Shown here: positions 17,160 to 26,905 of the stretch, in pieces | Numbering within the stretch: the first letter of the stretch is position 1 | Layout: each line of letters starts with the position of its first letter | Position numbers and translations under genes: made by a program | DNA from: an uncultured Planctomycetota bacterium | GTDB lineage: Bacteria; Planctomycetota; Planctomycetia; Isosphaerales; Isosphaeraceae | Length of the DNA stretch: 64,000 nucleotides | Assembly: GCA_963737655.1 (NCBI GenBank) | Contig: CAVTTN010000002.1 | Location: forward strand, 1,728,001 to 1,792,000 | Reading direction: 5' to 3' | The notes under the pieces: generated by a model | The model's input: only the letters and a program-made list of their open reading frames with translations | Told to the model about the DNA's origin: nothing | Database searches by the model: none

Positions 17160-19949
17160 ATGGAAGGGTTCCTGAGCCTGGGGCTGGCCAATGCCGTGAC
17201 CGCCGCGGTCCTCGCGCCGGTGGCGGCCGTCGTGGGACGAGCCTCGAGACGGCCGGCGCTGGCCCACGCGTTGTGGCTGATCGTCGTGCTGAAGCTGATC
17301 ACGCCGCCCCTGGTGGGCGTCCCGGTCGTCCCGGCCGAGGCGGCGGTCCCGGACGCGGTCGCCGGGCCGGTCGCCTCGGCGCCGCCCTCCGTCGCGGAGG
17401 AGGCCGAGGCGGCGGTCTCGTTCTCGGTCGTGGGGCAGGTGGATCCGAAGGCCGTCGCGACGCTCGAACCGATCGCCGAGCCGCCTTTCCGGCCGTCGTG
17501 GCGGACGATCGTGGGCGCGACCTGGGTCTCGGGGTCGGCCGCGTGGTTGGCCCTGGCCCTGTGGAGGATCGCCCGGTTCCGCCGCGTCCTGATGAGGGCC
17601 GATCCGGCCGATCCGTCGCTGGTCGAGTGGGTCGGATCGCTCTCGGGGAGGCTGGGGCTGGGCCGTCCCCCGGAGGTCCGGATGGTCCCGGGGCGGGTCT
17701 CGCCGATGGTCCTGGCCCTGGGCGGCCGTCCGCGACTGGTGATCCCCTCGGACCTGTGGAAGAGGCTGGACGGGTCGCAGAGGGAGGCCCTCCTTGTTCA
17801 TGAACTGGCGCATTTGAAGAGGAAGGACCACTGGGTCCGCGCCGTCGAATTGGTGGCCACGGGGCTGTTCTGGTGGAACCCGGTGCTGTGGTGGGCCCGT
17901 CGCGGATTGCACCGGGCCGAGGAGGAGTGCTGCGACCTGTGGGTCGTCTGGGCCCTGCCGGAGTCGGCCCGGACGTATGCTTCGGCCCTGGTCGAGGCGA
18001 TCGAGTTCCTGAGCGCGGGCCGTCCGGGCTTGCCGGTGGGGGCGAGCGGGATGGGCGCGGTGGCGGACCTTTCCAGGAGGATTGGCATGATCATGCGAGG
18101 AACGACGCCGAAGGGGCTTTCCAGGCTCGGGCTCGTCGGGACGATCGGCCTGGCGGCCCTGGTCCTGCCGCTGATGCCCACCAGGGCCCAGGCCCCGAAG
18201 GGGGAGGACCAGCCGGAGAAGACCGCCCCGATCGAGGCCCCCAGGGCCGAGAAAACGGCCCCCGAGAAACCGGCCGACGAGCCGCCGATGGACCGCCTGA
18301 GGTTCCTCAAGGCGCAGGTTGAGAGGGCCAAGGCGGTGGTGGCCCGGAACGCCCGGCTCAAGCAGGCCGGCACCCTCAGCGACGCCGAGATGCAGGCGGC
18401 CGAGGCCGAGCGCGACAAGGCCGAGCTCGACCTGGCCGAGTACCAGCTCGAACAGAAGCGCGCCGAATCCAATCGCCGGAGCGACCTGGAACGGGCCGAG
18501 GACCGGCTGAAGTGGTCCGAGGAGATGCACGCCAAGGGCTACGTCTCCCGGGCCCAGCTCGTCGCCGATCGCCTGGCGGTCGCGAAGCTCCGACGGGACG
18601 CCGGGGATGGCCGTGACCTCGAATCGCTCCGCAACGAGGCCGAATTGCTGGAGGCCCAGGCCCGGCTGAAGGAGGCGGGGCTGAACAAGGCCCGGGCCCA
18701 GAGGTCGCTGGCCACGGCCGAGCTCGCCCGCCTCAACAGGCTGAAATCGAAGGGCCCCGGCTTCGTCTCGACGATCGAGTCGGACAAGGCCAAGGCCGAG
18801 TTGGAGATCGCCGACGCGGGGATCGCGGAGGCCCAGGGCGAGCTCGACATCGCCCGGGTGAAGCTGGACCAGGCCCGGCGGTGGCTCAAGCAGGCCGAGG
18901 ACGACGCGAAGGGCGGGAGCAAGCCCGTCCCGGCGCCGTCCTCGACCTCGCCGAAGGCCCAGAACCTCAAGAGGATCGGCCTGGCCCTCCACAACTTCCA
19001 AAGCGCCCGGGGCCACTTCCCCGGCGCCTCCAGCAACCCCGAGATCCCGGGAGGCCCCCCCGTGAGCTGGCGGGTCGCGATCCTGCCGTTCCTGGAAGAG
19101 GACGGGGCCAACGAGTTGTACAAATCCTACAATTTCGATGAGCCGTGGGACGCCCCACGCAACCAGGCCCTGATCGCCAAAATGCCCCGGGCCTTCCGGC
19201 TCGATCCGGGCAAGCCGGGGACGACCCGGGCGTTGGCCCTGGTCGGCCCGGGGACCGGCCTGGACGGCCCGGGGTCGAAGCTCGACGAATTCGCCGACGG
19301 CCCGAGGAACACCCTGCTCGTGGTCGAGGCGAAGACGCCCGTGGAATGGACCCGGCCCGAGGACCTCTCCGCCCCCGGGCCCGGGGCCGTGGACGCCCTG
19401 GGAGGCACCGACGCCGGGTTCGTCGCCCTGTTCGCCGATGGGACGGTCCGGCTCCTGAAGAAGCCCCCGGACCGCGTCTTCCGCGCCCTGGCCTCGATTG
19501 CCGGCGGGGAAGTCCTGGAGGAGAAGTCTTACGGCCGGGACTCGGACCCGAAGGCCGAGGCCTCCGATCAAGCCCCGGGCGCCCGAGGCGGCATGGTCGG
19601 GATGATGCAGATGATGGCCGGAGGAGCGGCCAGGGCCGACGACCGCCCCGACGCCGAGCGACGGCTCTCCGAGGTCGAGGAGAAGCTGGAGCGATTGCTC
19701 CGGGAGAAGGAACAGAAGCCGCCGGGCGGAGGCTCGGTGAACGTGGGATTGCTCGTCCGCCTGATCGACTCCCCGGGCAAGGCCGACGAGCAGGCCGTCC
19801 GCGACCTCTTCGCGATCGTCGATCGGCCGATCTCCGACGCCGAGCTGAAGGACGCCGTGGGGGCCCTGAAGGATCGCAAGCCCGAGGAGCGCCGCGAGGT
19901 GCTGGAAATGCTGGCGAAACGGCTCCTCGGAGACGCCCGGAAGCCGTGA
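17160..19949 (+). CDS. BlaR1/M56 peptidase fused to coiled-coil region and DUF1559 domain
   Basis: HELAHLKRKDHW, WWNPVLW, EECCD; later NLKRIGLALHNF...SWRVAILPFLE...FDEPWD and FADG. Confidence 0.88.
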   Translation: MEGFLSLGLANAVTAAVLAPVAAVVGRASRRPALAHALWLIVVLKLITPPLVGVPVVPAEAAVPDAVAGPVASAPPSVAEEAEAAVSFSVVGQVDPKAVATLEPIAEPPFRPSWRTIVGATWVSGSAAWLALALWRIARFRRVLMRADPADPSLVEWVGSLSGRLGLGRPPEVRMVPGRVSPMVLALGGRPRLVIPSDLWKRLDGSQREALLVHELAHLKRKDHWVRAVELVATGLFWWNPVLWWARRGLHRAEEECCDLWVVWALPESARTYASALVEAIEFLSAGRPGLPVGASGMGAVADLSRRIGMIMRGTTPKGLSRLGLVGTIGLAALVLPLMPTRAQAPKGEDQPEKTAPIEAPRAEKTAPEKPADEPPMDRLRFLKAQVERAKAVVARNARLKQAGTLSDAEMQAAEAERDKAELDLAEYQLEQKRAESNRRSDLERAEDRLKWSEEMHAKGYVSRAQLVADRLAVAKLRRDAGDGRDLESLRNEAELLEAQARLKEAGLNKARAQRSLATAELARLNRLKSKGPGFVSTIESDKAKAELEIADAGIAEAQGELDIARVKLDQARRWLKQAEDDAKGGSKPVPAPSSTSPKAQNLKRIGLALHNFQSARGHFPGASSNPEIPGGPPVSWRVAILPFLEEDGANELYKSYNFDEPWDAPRNQALIAKMPRAFRLDPGKPGTTRALALVGPGTGLDGPGSKLDEFADGPRNTLLVVEAKTPVEWTRPEDLSAPGPGAVDALGGTDAGFVALFADGTVRLLKKPPDRVFRALASIAGGEVLEEKSYGRDSDPKAEASDQAPGARGGMVGMMQMMAGGAARADDRPDAERRLSEVEEKLERLLREKEQKPPGGGSVNVGLLVRLIDSPGKADEQAVRDLFAIVDRPISDAELKDAVGALKDRKPEERREVLEMLAKRLLGDARKP

Positions 19950-19972
19950 ACCGTGCCGCGCCGCCTTGATTC

Positions 19973-20010
19973 CGGGTGGCATGCCCACGAAGACGTGGGC
20001 ATGCCACCCG
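19973..20010. repeat. Perfect 17-bp-stem palindrome after the M56 gene
   Basis: CGGGTGGCATGCCCACG-AAGA-CGTGGGCATGCCACCCG. Confidence 0.75.
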
Positions 20011-20109
20011 AAGACTCGCCGATCCCGCGACTTTCCCCGTCTGGAAGGGGGAGAGGCCGGTGTGCTAGACTGGATCGATCCGGGATGACCGATCGATTCA
20101 GGAGGCGTC

Positions 20110-20863
20110 ATGCGCAACGGTGATCCCGAGCCGCCGGGTTCGGGCCCGCAGGCGGTCGTGGCGGGTCGCGACCCGTCGGGGCGAGGCCCGGCCCCTCCCA
20201 ATCCGGGCTGGGTCCTGGAGACGACCGTCAGCCCGTTCCACTGCCTGTATCAGGACGCGCTGGACTTCCACAAGCAGAGTCATCTGAGGATGGGCCGATC
20301 GGAGGCCGAGGCCAGCCGCCTGGCCCGGGCGGCGTTGGTCCTCTATCTCGGGGCGGCCGAGGCGCTGATCCACCAGGCGTCGGCCGAGCTCGCCCGTCCG
20401 GATCTCGCCGATTTGCTCTGCGACCCGTCCCACCCGGTCGATCTCGAGACGGCGTGGAGGCTCCTGCCGGTGATCGTCGGCGAGGGGCCGGTCGGCGGGT
20501 TCGACCCGGCGTGCCCGCCCTGGCCGCAGCTCGGCGAGCTCCTGGCGCTGCGAACTTCGTGGGCGTTCCCCGGCCCGGCCTCGGAGCGTCGGGCGTATTA
20601 CTGCTCGCCGAACAAGGATGGCTCGTATCGAGCCCCTCGAACCGCATCAGGTGCCTCTGGGCGTGGAAATCCGGGCCGATCGGCTGGTCCTGCCCCGGAC
20701 CGGCCTCCCCCTGGACCCCTACGCCCTGAGGCCCCGGCACCTGGACACCGCCCGGAGCATCCTCGATCAGGCCATCGAGCAACTCGACAAGCGCCTCGGA
20801 GGCGCCCTGACCCGAGACGGCCGACACCGCAAGGAGCCGGTCCGCGTCGTCTCCTCGCCGTGA
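20110..20863 (+). CDS. Hypothetical helical protein (frameshift near 20628)
   Basis: ...YCSPNKDGSY continues as EPLEPHQVPLG...HRKEPVRVVSSP in the shifted frame. Confidence 0.6.
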
Positions 20864-20883
20864 TCGCTCGATTGATCGAGCGA

Positions 20884-21393
20884 TCACGCGGCGCGCTGGG
20901 CGTCGGTCTCGCGGAGGACCATCGCGCAAAGCGTGGCGATGGCGACGAGGACCGTCATGTAGTAGGCCAGCAACGGCTCTCGCTGGACGGTCGGCGGGGC
21001 GGCGATCGGGACGGTCTTCTTCCGGGGGATCGGCCGGGAGCCGAGCAGGTCGTCGAGGACCAGCGGCGTGAGCAGGGGTTTCCCGGTGAAGGGACCGCGA
21101 GCGGCCTCGGCCCGGCGGAGCAGGAGGCGGACCTTGGCCGGCGGATACGTCGTGCGCATCCGGCCGATCCCCTGGATCACCCGACGGTCGGCCAGGGCCC
21201 GATTCAACGAGCCGAGCCGGGCGAACGGGTGATCGGGCCGGGTTCTGATCAGCCATCGGGACAGAGGCCCCGCCCACTCGGCCCCGACCAGTGCCCCTTC
21301 GGCGACGGCCAGGGTGAGCAACACGTCGCGACGGCCCCGCCGCCCCTCTCGGTGGGCGATCCAGGCGAGTTTCAGGTCGTCCTCGGCCGTCAT
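20884..21393 (-). CDS. Hypothetical protein with C-terminal TM helix
   Basis: 169-aa ORF with GGAGG RBS and YYMTVLVAIATLCAMVL. Confidence 0.6.
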   Translation of the reverse strand: MTAEDDLKLAWIAHREGRRGRRDVLLTLAVAEGALVGAEWAGPLSRWLIRTRPDHPFARLGSLNRALADRRVIQGIGRMRTTYPPAKVRLLLRRAEAARGPFTGKPLLTPLVLDDLLGSRPIPRKKTVPIAAPPTVQREPLLAYYMTVLVAIATLCAMVLRETDAQRAA

Positions 21394-21597
21394 GGGGCCT
21401 CCGATCGCCTCGGGCTCGGGTCTTCCGGAGCGGTCTCGCCCCCATAATCCTCAAGATCGGCATCCGGGGCGGTCCGGATTTGGGGTTTTCGGCCCCGGGG
21501 CGGCCTCGTATGTTGGCTCGTCGCGGGGTCGGGGCCGATTTCGAAGGGTCCGAAGTCGATCACCCCTCGGCCGAGGCCCGCCCGGGACTTCCCTCCG

Positions 21598-22746
21598 ATG
21601 CGCATCCTGATGGTCACCTCGTTCCCCGTCCCCGGCGAGTTCGACGGCACCGCGATGCTCCCGATCAAGATCGTCCGGGCCCTGAAGGCCCGAGGGCATG
21701 AGGTCGTCCTCGCCCACCTGAAGGCCCGGAGGCCCTGGGGCAAGCCCTCGCGAGGCGACTTCGAGGGCGTCCCGCAGTTCACCCTGCCCCCGCCGTCGTG
21801 GGTCTCGGGCCTGCGAAGAATCCGCCGCGAATTCCCCTTCGAACTCGTCCACGCCCAGCATTACGGAGGGGCCACCCGGGCCTATTTCGCCTGCCGGATC
21901 GGCCGGTGGCCGATGGTTTATGAGATCCATTCCTTGCTGGGGGACGAGGTCGAGCGCGACCGCCTCGGCCGGGGGATGGCGTTCCGCGGCTATCGCGCCC
22001 TGGAGCGCCGGGTCTGCCGCCACGCCGCCGCCGTGATCGCCCTGGGAGAGCCGGTCAAGACGGTCGTGGTCGAGGAAAAAGGCGTCCCCGCCGACCGGGT
22101 GACGGTGATCTATCCCGGGATCGACCTGGCCGAATACGACGGCCCGTCCGAACCGGCGGAGATCCCCGGGGTCGGCCCCGAGCATCAGGTGATCATGTAC
22201 GTCGGAAGCATCGTCCACCCGAACCAGGGGGTGCCGATCCTGATCGACGCCCTGCCCAGGATCTTCGCCGCCAGGCCCGAGGCCCGATGCGTCCTCGTGG
22301 GAGGCCCGGCCGACGCGGGCGAGGCCTACCGCCGCCAGCTCGGCGAGTTCGGCGACCGCCTGATCGTCCTGACCGGCCGATCCCCCGGGGAGGTCGTCTC
22401 GCTGACCCGCCGGGCGGACGTCCTGGTCCACCCCCGGCTCGCCTGCCGGGAGAATTACTCCGTTCAAAGCAAGATCGCGGTCTACCTCGCCGCCGGGAGG
22501 CCGATCGTCGCGACCGACTTCGGCGACTACCAGAAGCTCCTGGGCGAGACCGGCGCCGGCCTCCTGACCGAAGTGGCCCCAGCCCCCCTGGCCGACGGAA
22601 TCCTCAAGGTCCTCAACAACCCCCAGCTCGCCGAAAACCTCGCCAACGCCACCCGCCCCGTGGCCGAGGAGTACTTCGGGATGGATCGCAACATCGACCG
22701 CTACCTGGACGTCTACCGCAAGGCCCTGGCCGACGGCCCAAGATGA
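21598..22746 (+). CDS. Glycosyltransferase family 4
   Basis: MRILMVT, VHAQH, VIYPGID, ADVLVHP, YLAAGRPIVATD. Confidence 0.9.
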   Translation: MRILMVTSFPVPGEFDGTAMLPIKIVRALKARGHEVVLAHLKARRPWGKPSRGDFEGVPQFTLPPPSWVSGLRRIRREFPFELVHAQHYGGATRAYFACRIGRWPMVYEIHSLLGDEVERDRLGRGMAFRGYRALERRVCRHAAAVIALGEPVKTVVVEEKGVPADRVTVIYPGIDLAEYDGPSEPAEIPGVGPEHQVIMYVGSIVHPNQGVPILIDALPRIFAARPEARCVLVGGPADAGEAYRRQLGEFGDRLIVLTGRSPGEVVSLTRRADVLVHPRLACRENYSVQSKIAVYLAAGRPIVATDFGDYQKLLGETGAGLLTEVAPAPLADGILKVLNNPQLAENLANATRPVAEEYFGMDRNIDRYLDVYRKALADGPR

Positions 22747-22816
22747 ACAGACGACCATTGACCGAGCCGGACCAGCAGGCTAAAGTCAACAAACGATCGA
22801 CGAAAGGGGGACGGCG

Positions 22817-23037
22817 ATGGCCGAAGGCACAATCAGCCTGCCCGAAGCGCTCCTAAAATTCGCCCGAGAGCAAGCGGCCCGCAACGGGATGGGCGGCCCC
22901 GAAGACGACGTCGCCAGCCTGATCGACCAGGCCCGGCGCGAGGCCGCGAGAGAGCATCGGGAAGGCCTTTTGCTGGAAGGCTTGAACTCGGGTCCGGCCA
23001 TCGAGATGACTGCCGAGGATTGGGAAGCGGAAAAGAA
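22817..23037 (+). pseudogene. ParD-like (RHH) antitoxin, 3' end interrupted by repeat; no toxin follows
   Basis: ISLPEALLKFAREQAARNG...LLLEGLNSGPAIEMTAEDWE, then runs into the inverted repeat. Confidence 0.6.
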
Positions 23038-23111
23038 GCGGAAAAGGGGTCAGGAGCCGATTTTGAATCCCGGCAGGCGGGTCTGGAATCGGCTCCTGAC
23101 CCCTTTTCCGC
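23038..23111. repeat. 25-bp perfect inverted-repeat element (AAAAGGGGTCAGG family)
   Basis: GCGGAAAAGGGGTCAGGAGCCGATT at 23038-23062 and its reverse complement at 23087-23111. Confidence 0.85.
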
Positions 23112-23127
23112 CCCTCGCGGCGGGGCT

Positions 23128-23838
23128 TTACGACTTCGCCCCGTCCCCGCGACGGGCCCCTGTCCGGTTCGACCAGCGGCGGCCGAGGGCGCATACGCCT
23201 CCCACGAGGCACAGGGCGAGCGTCGAGGGTTCGGGGACCGACAGGGGCTCCAGGTCGACGTTGTCCAGGCCGGCGAAGGCCGTCGGGGAGGGGGTGCCGT
23301 TGCGGAAGGTGATCGAGGTGCTCGTCCCCGTGGCGACGAACGTGGTCGTGAACTGCTCCCAGTTCACATGACCGGCGGTGATGTTGGAGTTGGTGTAGGC
23401 GACGCTCGAGCCGCCGTCGATGCTCAGGTCAATGGTCGCGGGCGCTGCATAGTAGCTATTCGTCCCCTCCGCCCGGCCCACATAGAACGAGAGCTGATAC
23501 GTCGTGCCGATCGTCGTGGCCACAGACTGGGTCACGCCGTCGGTCGACCCGGTGTTGCCGCTCCCGGTGATGTCCAGCGAGTTCGACCCCTCCTCGGCGT
23601 TGAACGAGGCGATGCCGTTGCCGGGCTCGCCGTACTGGGTCTGGATCAAAAGGACGTCGTTGCCCAGGACCGTCCAGGCGGAGCCGATCACCTCGCCGCC
23701 CGTGTAATCTTTCAGGCCGCCGCTGCTCAGGGACGGATTCTCGAAGCCGCCGTCGGCGATCAGGTCGGCGAAGGCCGAGCCCGCCCCGACGATCCAGGAC
23801 GCGGCGAGGACGGCCGCCGAGAGGACGAATGGACGCAT
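23128..23838 (-). CDS. PEP-CTERM protein with DUF642-like domain
   Basis: Signal peptide, DLIADGGFENP, GVTQSVATTIGTTYQLSFY, VPEPSTLALCLVGGVCALGRR. Confidence 0.88.
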   Translation of the reverse strand: MRPFVLSAAVLAASWIVGAGSAFADLIADGGFENPSLSSGGLKDYTGGEVIGSAWTVLGNDVLLIQTQYGEPGNGIASFNAEEGSNSLDITGSGNTGSTDGVTQSVATTIGTTYQLSFYVGRAEGTNSYYAAPATIDLSIDGGSSVAYTNSNITAGHVNWEQFTTTFVATGTSTSITFRNGTPSPTAFAGLDNVDLEPLSVPEPSTLALCLVGGVCALGRRWSNRTGARRGDGAKS

Positions 23839-24139
23839 GAGTCGAATTCTCCATGTCGGGCGCGGAGGGTCCTCCGTCGGGATCATTCGGATCCCGGAGG
23901 GCCCCTTCATGTCATCGGGATTCGACCCAACGCCGATCCCGGTGCCCACCCGCATGCGTCGCGGATCGGCGAATCATCGATTAATACGAGTGGCAAGCAT
24001 AAATATTTCCGCTCCGAATACAATCGATGTGTTTTTTTGCAACGAAGGCGCGAGGAGTCGCCTCCCCCGCGGCGGGACCGGATGGCCGAGCAAGAGTCGC
24101 GGGCTCATGAGTCCGGCTTGGTGGTCACGTCGGATTTCC

Positions 24140-24168
24140 CTCGTTCCCACGCGGAGCGTGGGAACGAG
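24140..24168. repeat. 13-bp-stem palindrome
   Basis: CTCGTTCCCACGC-GGA-GCGTGGGAACGAG. Confidence 0.7.
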
Positions 24169-24231
24169 TTGTTGAGCAAGCACCAATCTGGAATCATGAG
24201 CCGAGTCGCGTCCCGAGGTGAAACGGGGGCA

Positions 24232-24314
24232 GAAAAGGGGTCAGGCGAGGAACAGCGGTCAGGCAAGGAAAAGGGGTCGGAAAGGGGTCAGGACTTCCTG
24301 ACCCCTTTCCGACC
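24232..24314. repeat. Cluster of AAAGGGGTC(A)GG repeats with hairpin
   Basis: Three direct copies plus an inverted CCTGACCCCTTTCC; same core as 23038-23111. Confidence 0.75.
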
Positions 24315-24451
24315 TTTGAGCGACAAGTAAAAACATTTTAGTATATTGTTTTATGAATTTGTGGAAATTCGCAATCGGCCGGCGGCCGGGTCCGCTCTTG
24401 GTGATTGGTATTCGCGAGAGCGGACCCGGGGCGAAGGCCCGGCGATCGGCC

Positions 24452-25647
24452 TTATTTCTTCTCCTGGGCGGTGGGCTTGATCGTCTTGCGGAGCTCCTCG
24501 ACGGCCTTGTTCAGGGCCTGGACCTGGGCGTTCAGCTCGTCGAGCTTCCTGGCGACGTCGGGCGAGGCGGTGAGGTTCGGGAGGAAGTCGAAGACCCCCG
24601 AGGTCGTCTGGGCCGGGCCGTCCAGGTTCACGATGGTGTGACCCTGGGGGGCGTTCAGGTAGAGGCGATCGACGTTGGTGTTCAGGGTTCTCATCAGGTC
24701 GACGTTGCCGTCGCGGTCGATGTCGCCGTACAGGTAGATCAGGCCTCGCCCGTTGTTCGTCGCGGCCTGGGGCTCGGGCTTTCTCGCCTCGGGGGTGATC
24801 GGCACCGTCCTCCTCTGGCCCCCCCGGATCAAGTCGAGCTGCGTCGGCTTGCCGCCGATCTCCTGGACCCGGGTCCTCAGGGCCTCGACGCTGGGCAGGA
24901 GGCTCCCGCCGAGGCTCACGAGGACGTCGAACTTCATGACCCCGGCTCGGCTGGCCGGGCTGTCCTCGACGACGTCGCCGACGACCAGGCCCGTGTCCTC
25001 GTTCAGGCCGAGATGGGCCTTGAGCGTGGCGTCGGCCGGGTTCACGGGGGTGCCGAGGTAGAACTCGGCCTTCGCCTCCTCGGGCGCGGGGGCGAGGAAG
25101 ACCTTGACCTCGGGCCGGACGGCCAGACTCATCGGCTTGCCGCCCCGGAGCAGGGCCAGGGGGGCGAGCCTGGCGTGGACCGGCTGCTTTTGAGCCTCGT
25201 GGAACGCCTGCAAGGCCGTCGCGAGGTCTTCGGGCCTGGCCAGAGGGGTCTCGGCGAGCGTCAAGAGGATGTCATTGACCTGGAGGCCGACCCGGGCCGC
25301 CGGTCCTCCGGGGACGACCTCGGCGACGACCAGCCCGCGCCCTCGGGCAGCGCGAGCTGGGCCCGGACCGCCGGATCGGCCGGGACGAGCGTCGCCCCCA
25401 CGCCGTCGGTCGTCCCGCCGACGTTCCACACTCGCCAGCCCGTCGGCTGGGCCCAGTTGACGAACGACCCGTCCTGGGCGGCCGTGTTGGCGCCGAGGAT
25501 GTCCCAGGTCTGAATCACGCCGTTGCGGTCGGCCGTGGCCCGGATCGTGGCCTGGGGCGTCTTCGCGTCCTTCGCCTCCTGGGCCGACGCCCCTCCGCCG
25601 ATCAGGGCGAGCAGGGCCAGGGCGCGGAGTCCTCGGTTCGTCGTCAT
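24452..25647 (-). CDS. Secreted two-PDZ-domain protein (frameshift near 25340)
   Basis: Signal peptide; VRAQLALPEG / GLVVAEVVPGGPAARVGLQVNDIL; second PDZ GLVVGDVVEDSPASRAG. Confidence 0.78.
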
Positions 25648-25678
25648 GCGATCGCTTCCTTTCCGAAAAAGACCTTCG

Positions 25679-26227
25679 TTACAATGCCCGGTTCCCCACG
25701 AACCGGAGCCGTTTTTCCTCGATCGGGACGGCGACCCGGCGGCCGGAGGGGGTCCGGGCCGGGACGAGCACGGTCCGGCGGTCGATCCGGTAGCCCTGGC
25801 GTTCCAGGGAGCCGACGAGATAGCTCGGCGCCGCCGGAGGAGGCAGGTGGACCGCCACCGCGGGCGGTCTCGGGACGTTCAGGCGGGCCTCGGGCGGCGA
25901 GGGGCGGCGGAGAGGAGGCGACGGCTCCCGCCGGGGGGCCGCCGACATCCCCAGCGCGAACACCAGGGCGACCGCCGCGGCCCGACTGACGACGGAGAGG
26001 AACCGCCGCGATCGCCTCGGGGCGATCGGGGCCGACCGGGCCGCCGGGCGAGCCGCCGAGCCGAGCGCGGACTGCCATTCCCGGGCTTCGAGGAACGCCA
26101 GGGCGCACCGCCTCCAGCCGTCGGGCGAGGCGTCCAGCCTCCGGAGCAAGGCCCGTCGGCCTTCGTCGTCGAGTTCGCCGTCCACGAGGCGATCGATCAG
26201 GGCATCGTCGGAATCGAGGGGGATCAT
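25679..26227 (-). CDS. Putative anti-sigma factor
   Basis: LIDRLVDGELD...DGWRRCALAFLE plus a TM helix; overlaps the ECF stop. Confidence 0.7.
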   Translation of the reverse strand: MIPLDSDDALIDRLVDGELDDEGRRALLRRLDASPDGWRRCALAFLEAREWQSALGSAARPAARSAPIAPRRSRRFLSVVSRAAAVALVFALGMSAAPRREPSPPLRRPSPPEARLNVPRPPAVAVHLPPPAAPSYLVGSLERQGYRIDRRTVLVPARTPSGRRVAVPIEEKRLRFVGNRAL

Positions 26228-26760
26228 TCGGTCACCTCGATGGCGGAGGAGCCCGCGAGCTCGGCCCGGAGCCTGGTCCGGGCCCGGTGGAGGCGGGCCT
26301 CGACGGCCGACGGCGAGAGCCCGAGGCGGTCGGCGAGGTCGCGATAGGTCCAGTCCTCGGCATACTTGAGCATCAGGATCTCGGCATCGCGACGGGGCAG
26401 CCGGAGCAGGGCCCGGCGGACGGCCTCGGCCCTCTCGTCGCGGAGGAGCCAGGCCAGGGGGTCGGCGTCCCGGTCGGGGGACGGGCGATTCTCGGCGTAC
26501 CGGGCCTCGATCCTCGCCTTGCGGCCTCGCCCTCGGCGGTAGAGCAGCGCCTGGCGGACGGCCAGCCGATGGAGCCAGGCCGGCAGCTTCGCGCGGTCGA
26601 GCAGCGGGGCCTTGCCCGCCACGACGGCCAGGGCGACCTCCTGCAAGACCTCCTCGGCCGCCGGTCCCGGCCCGACCCTCGCCACGACCGCCACGCGGAG
26701 CAGCCGGTCATGCTCGGCCAGGGCCGAGGGCCAGTCGATCGGGGGGGGCGTCGTGCTCAT
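26224..26760 (-). CDS. ECF RNA polymerase sigma factor
   Basis: AEEVLQEV, WLHRLAVR, LSPSAVEARLHRAR. Confidence 0.85.
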   Translation of the reverse strand: MSTTPPPIDWPSALAEHDRLLRVAVVARVGPGPAAEEVLQEVALAVVAGKAPLLDRAKLPAWLHRLAVRQALLYRRGRGRKARIEARYAENRPSPDRDADPLAWLLRDERAEAVRRALLRLPRRDAEILMLKYAEDWTYRDLADRLGLSPSAVEARLHRARTRLRAELAGSSAIEVTE

Positions 26761-26905
26761 CGCGACAGGATAGTTGCCGCCGAGGCGAAAACCTTGCGGC
26801 ATCCCCCGAATTTTTTCATCCCGGGCCGACGGCTTCCGAACCGGGCGGGCCGCGGGTATGATCCTCGCAACCGCCGCTCGGCTCGGATCTTCGGGGGAAC
26901 GCTCC

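Noticed and set aside
20110..20863. HEPN-type defence nuclease
   Set aside because: The helical pattern is suggestive, but the RxxxxH motif is absent (RTSWAF); not supportable without a search.
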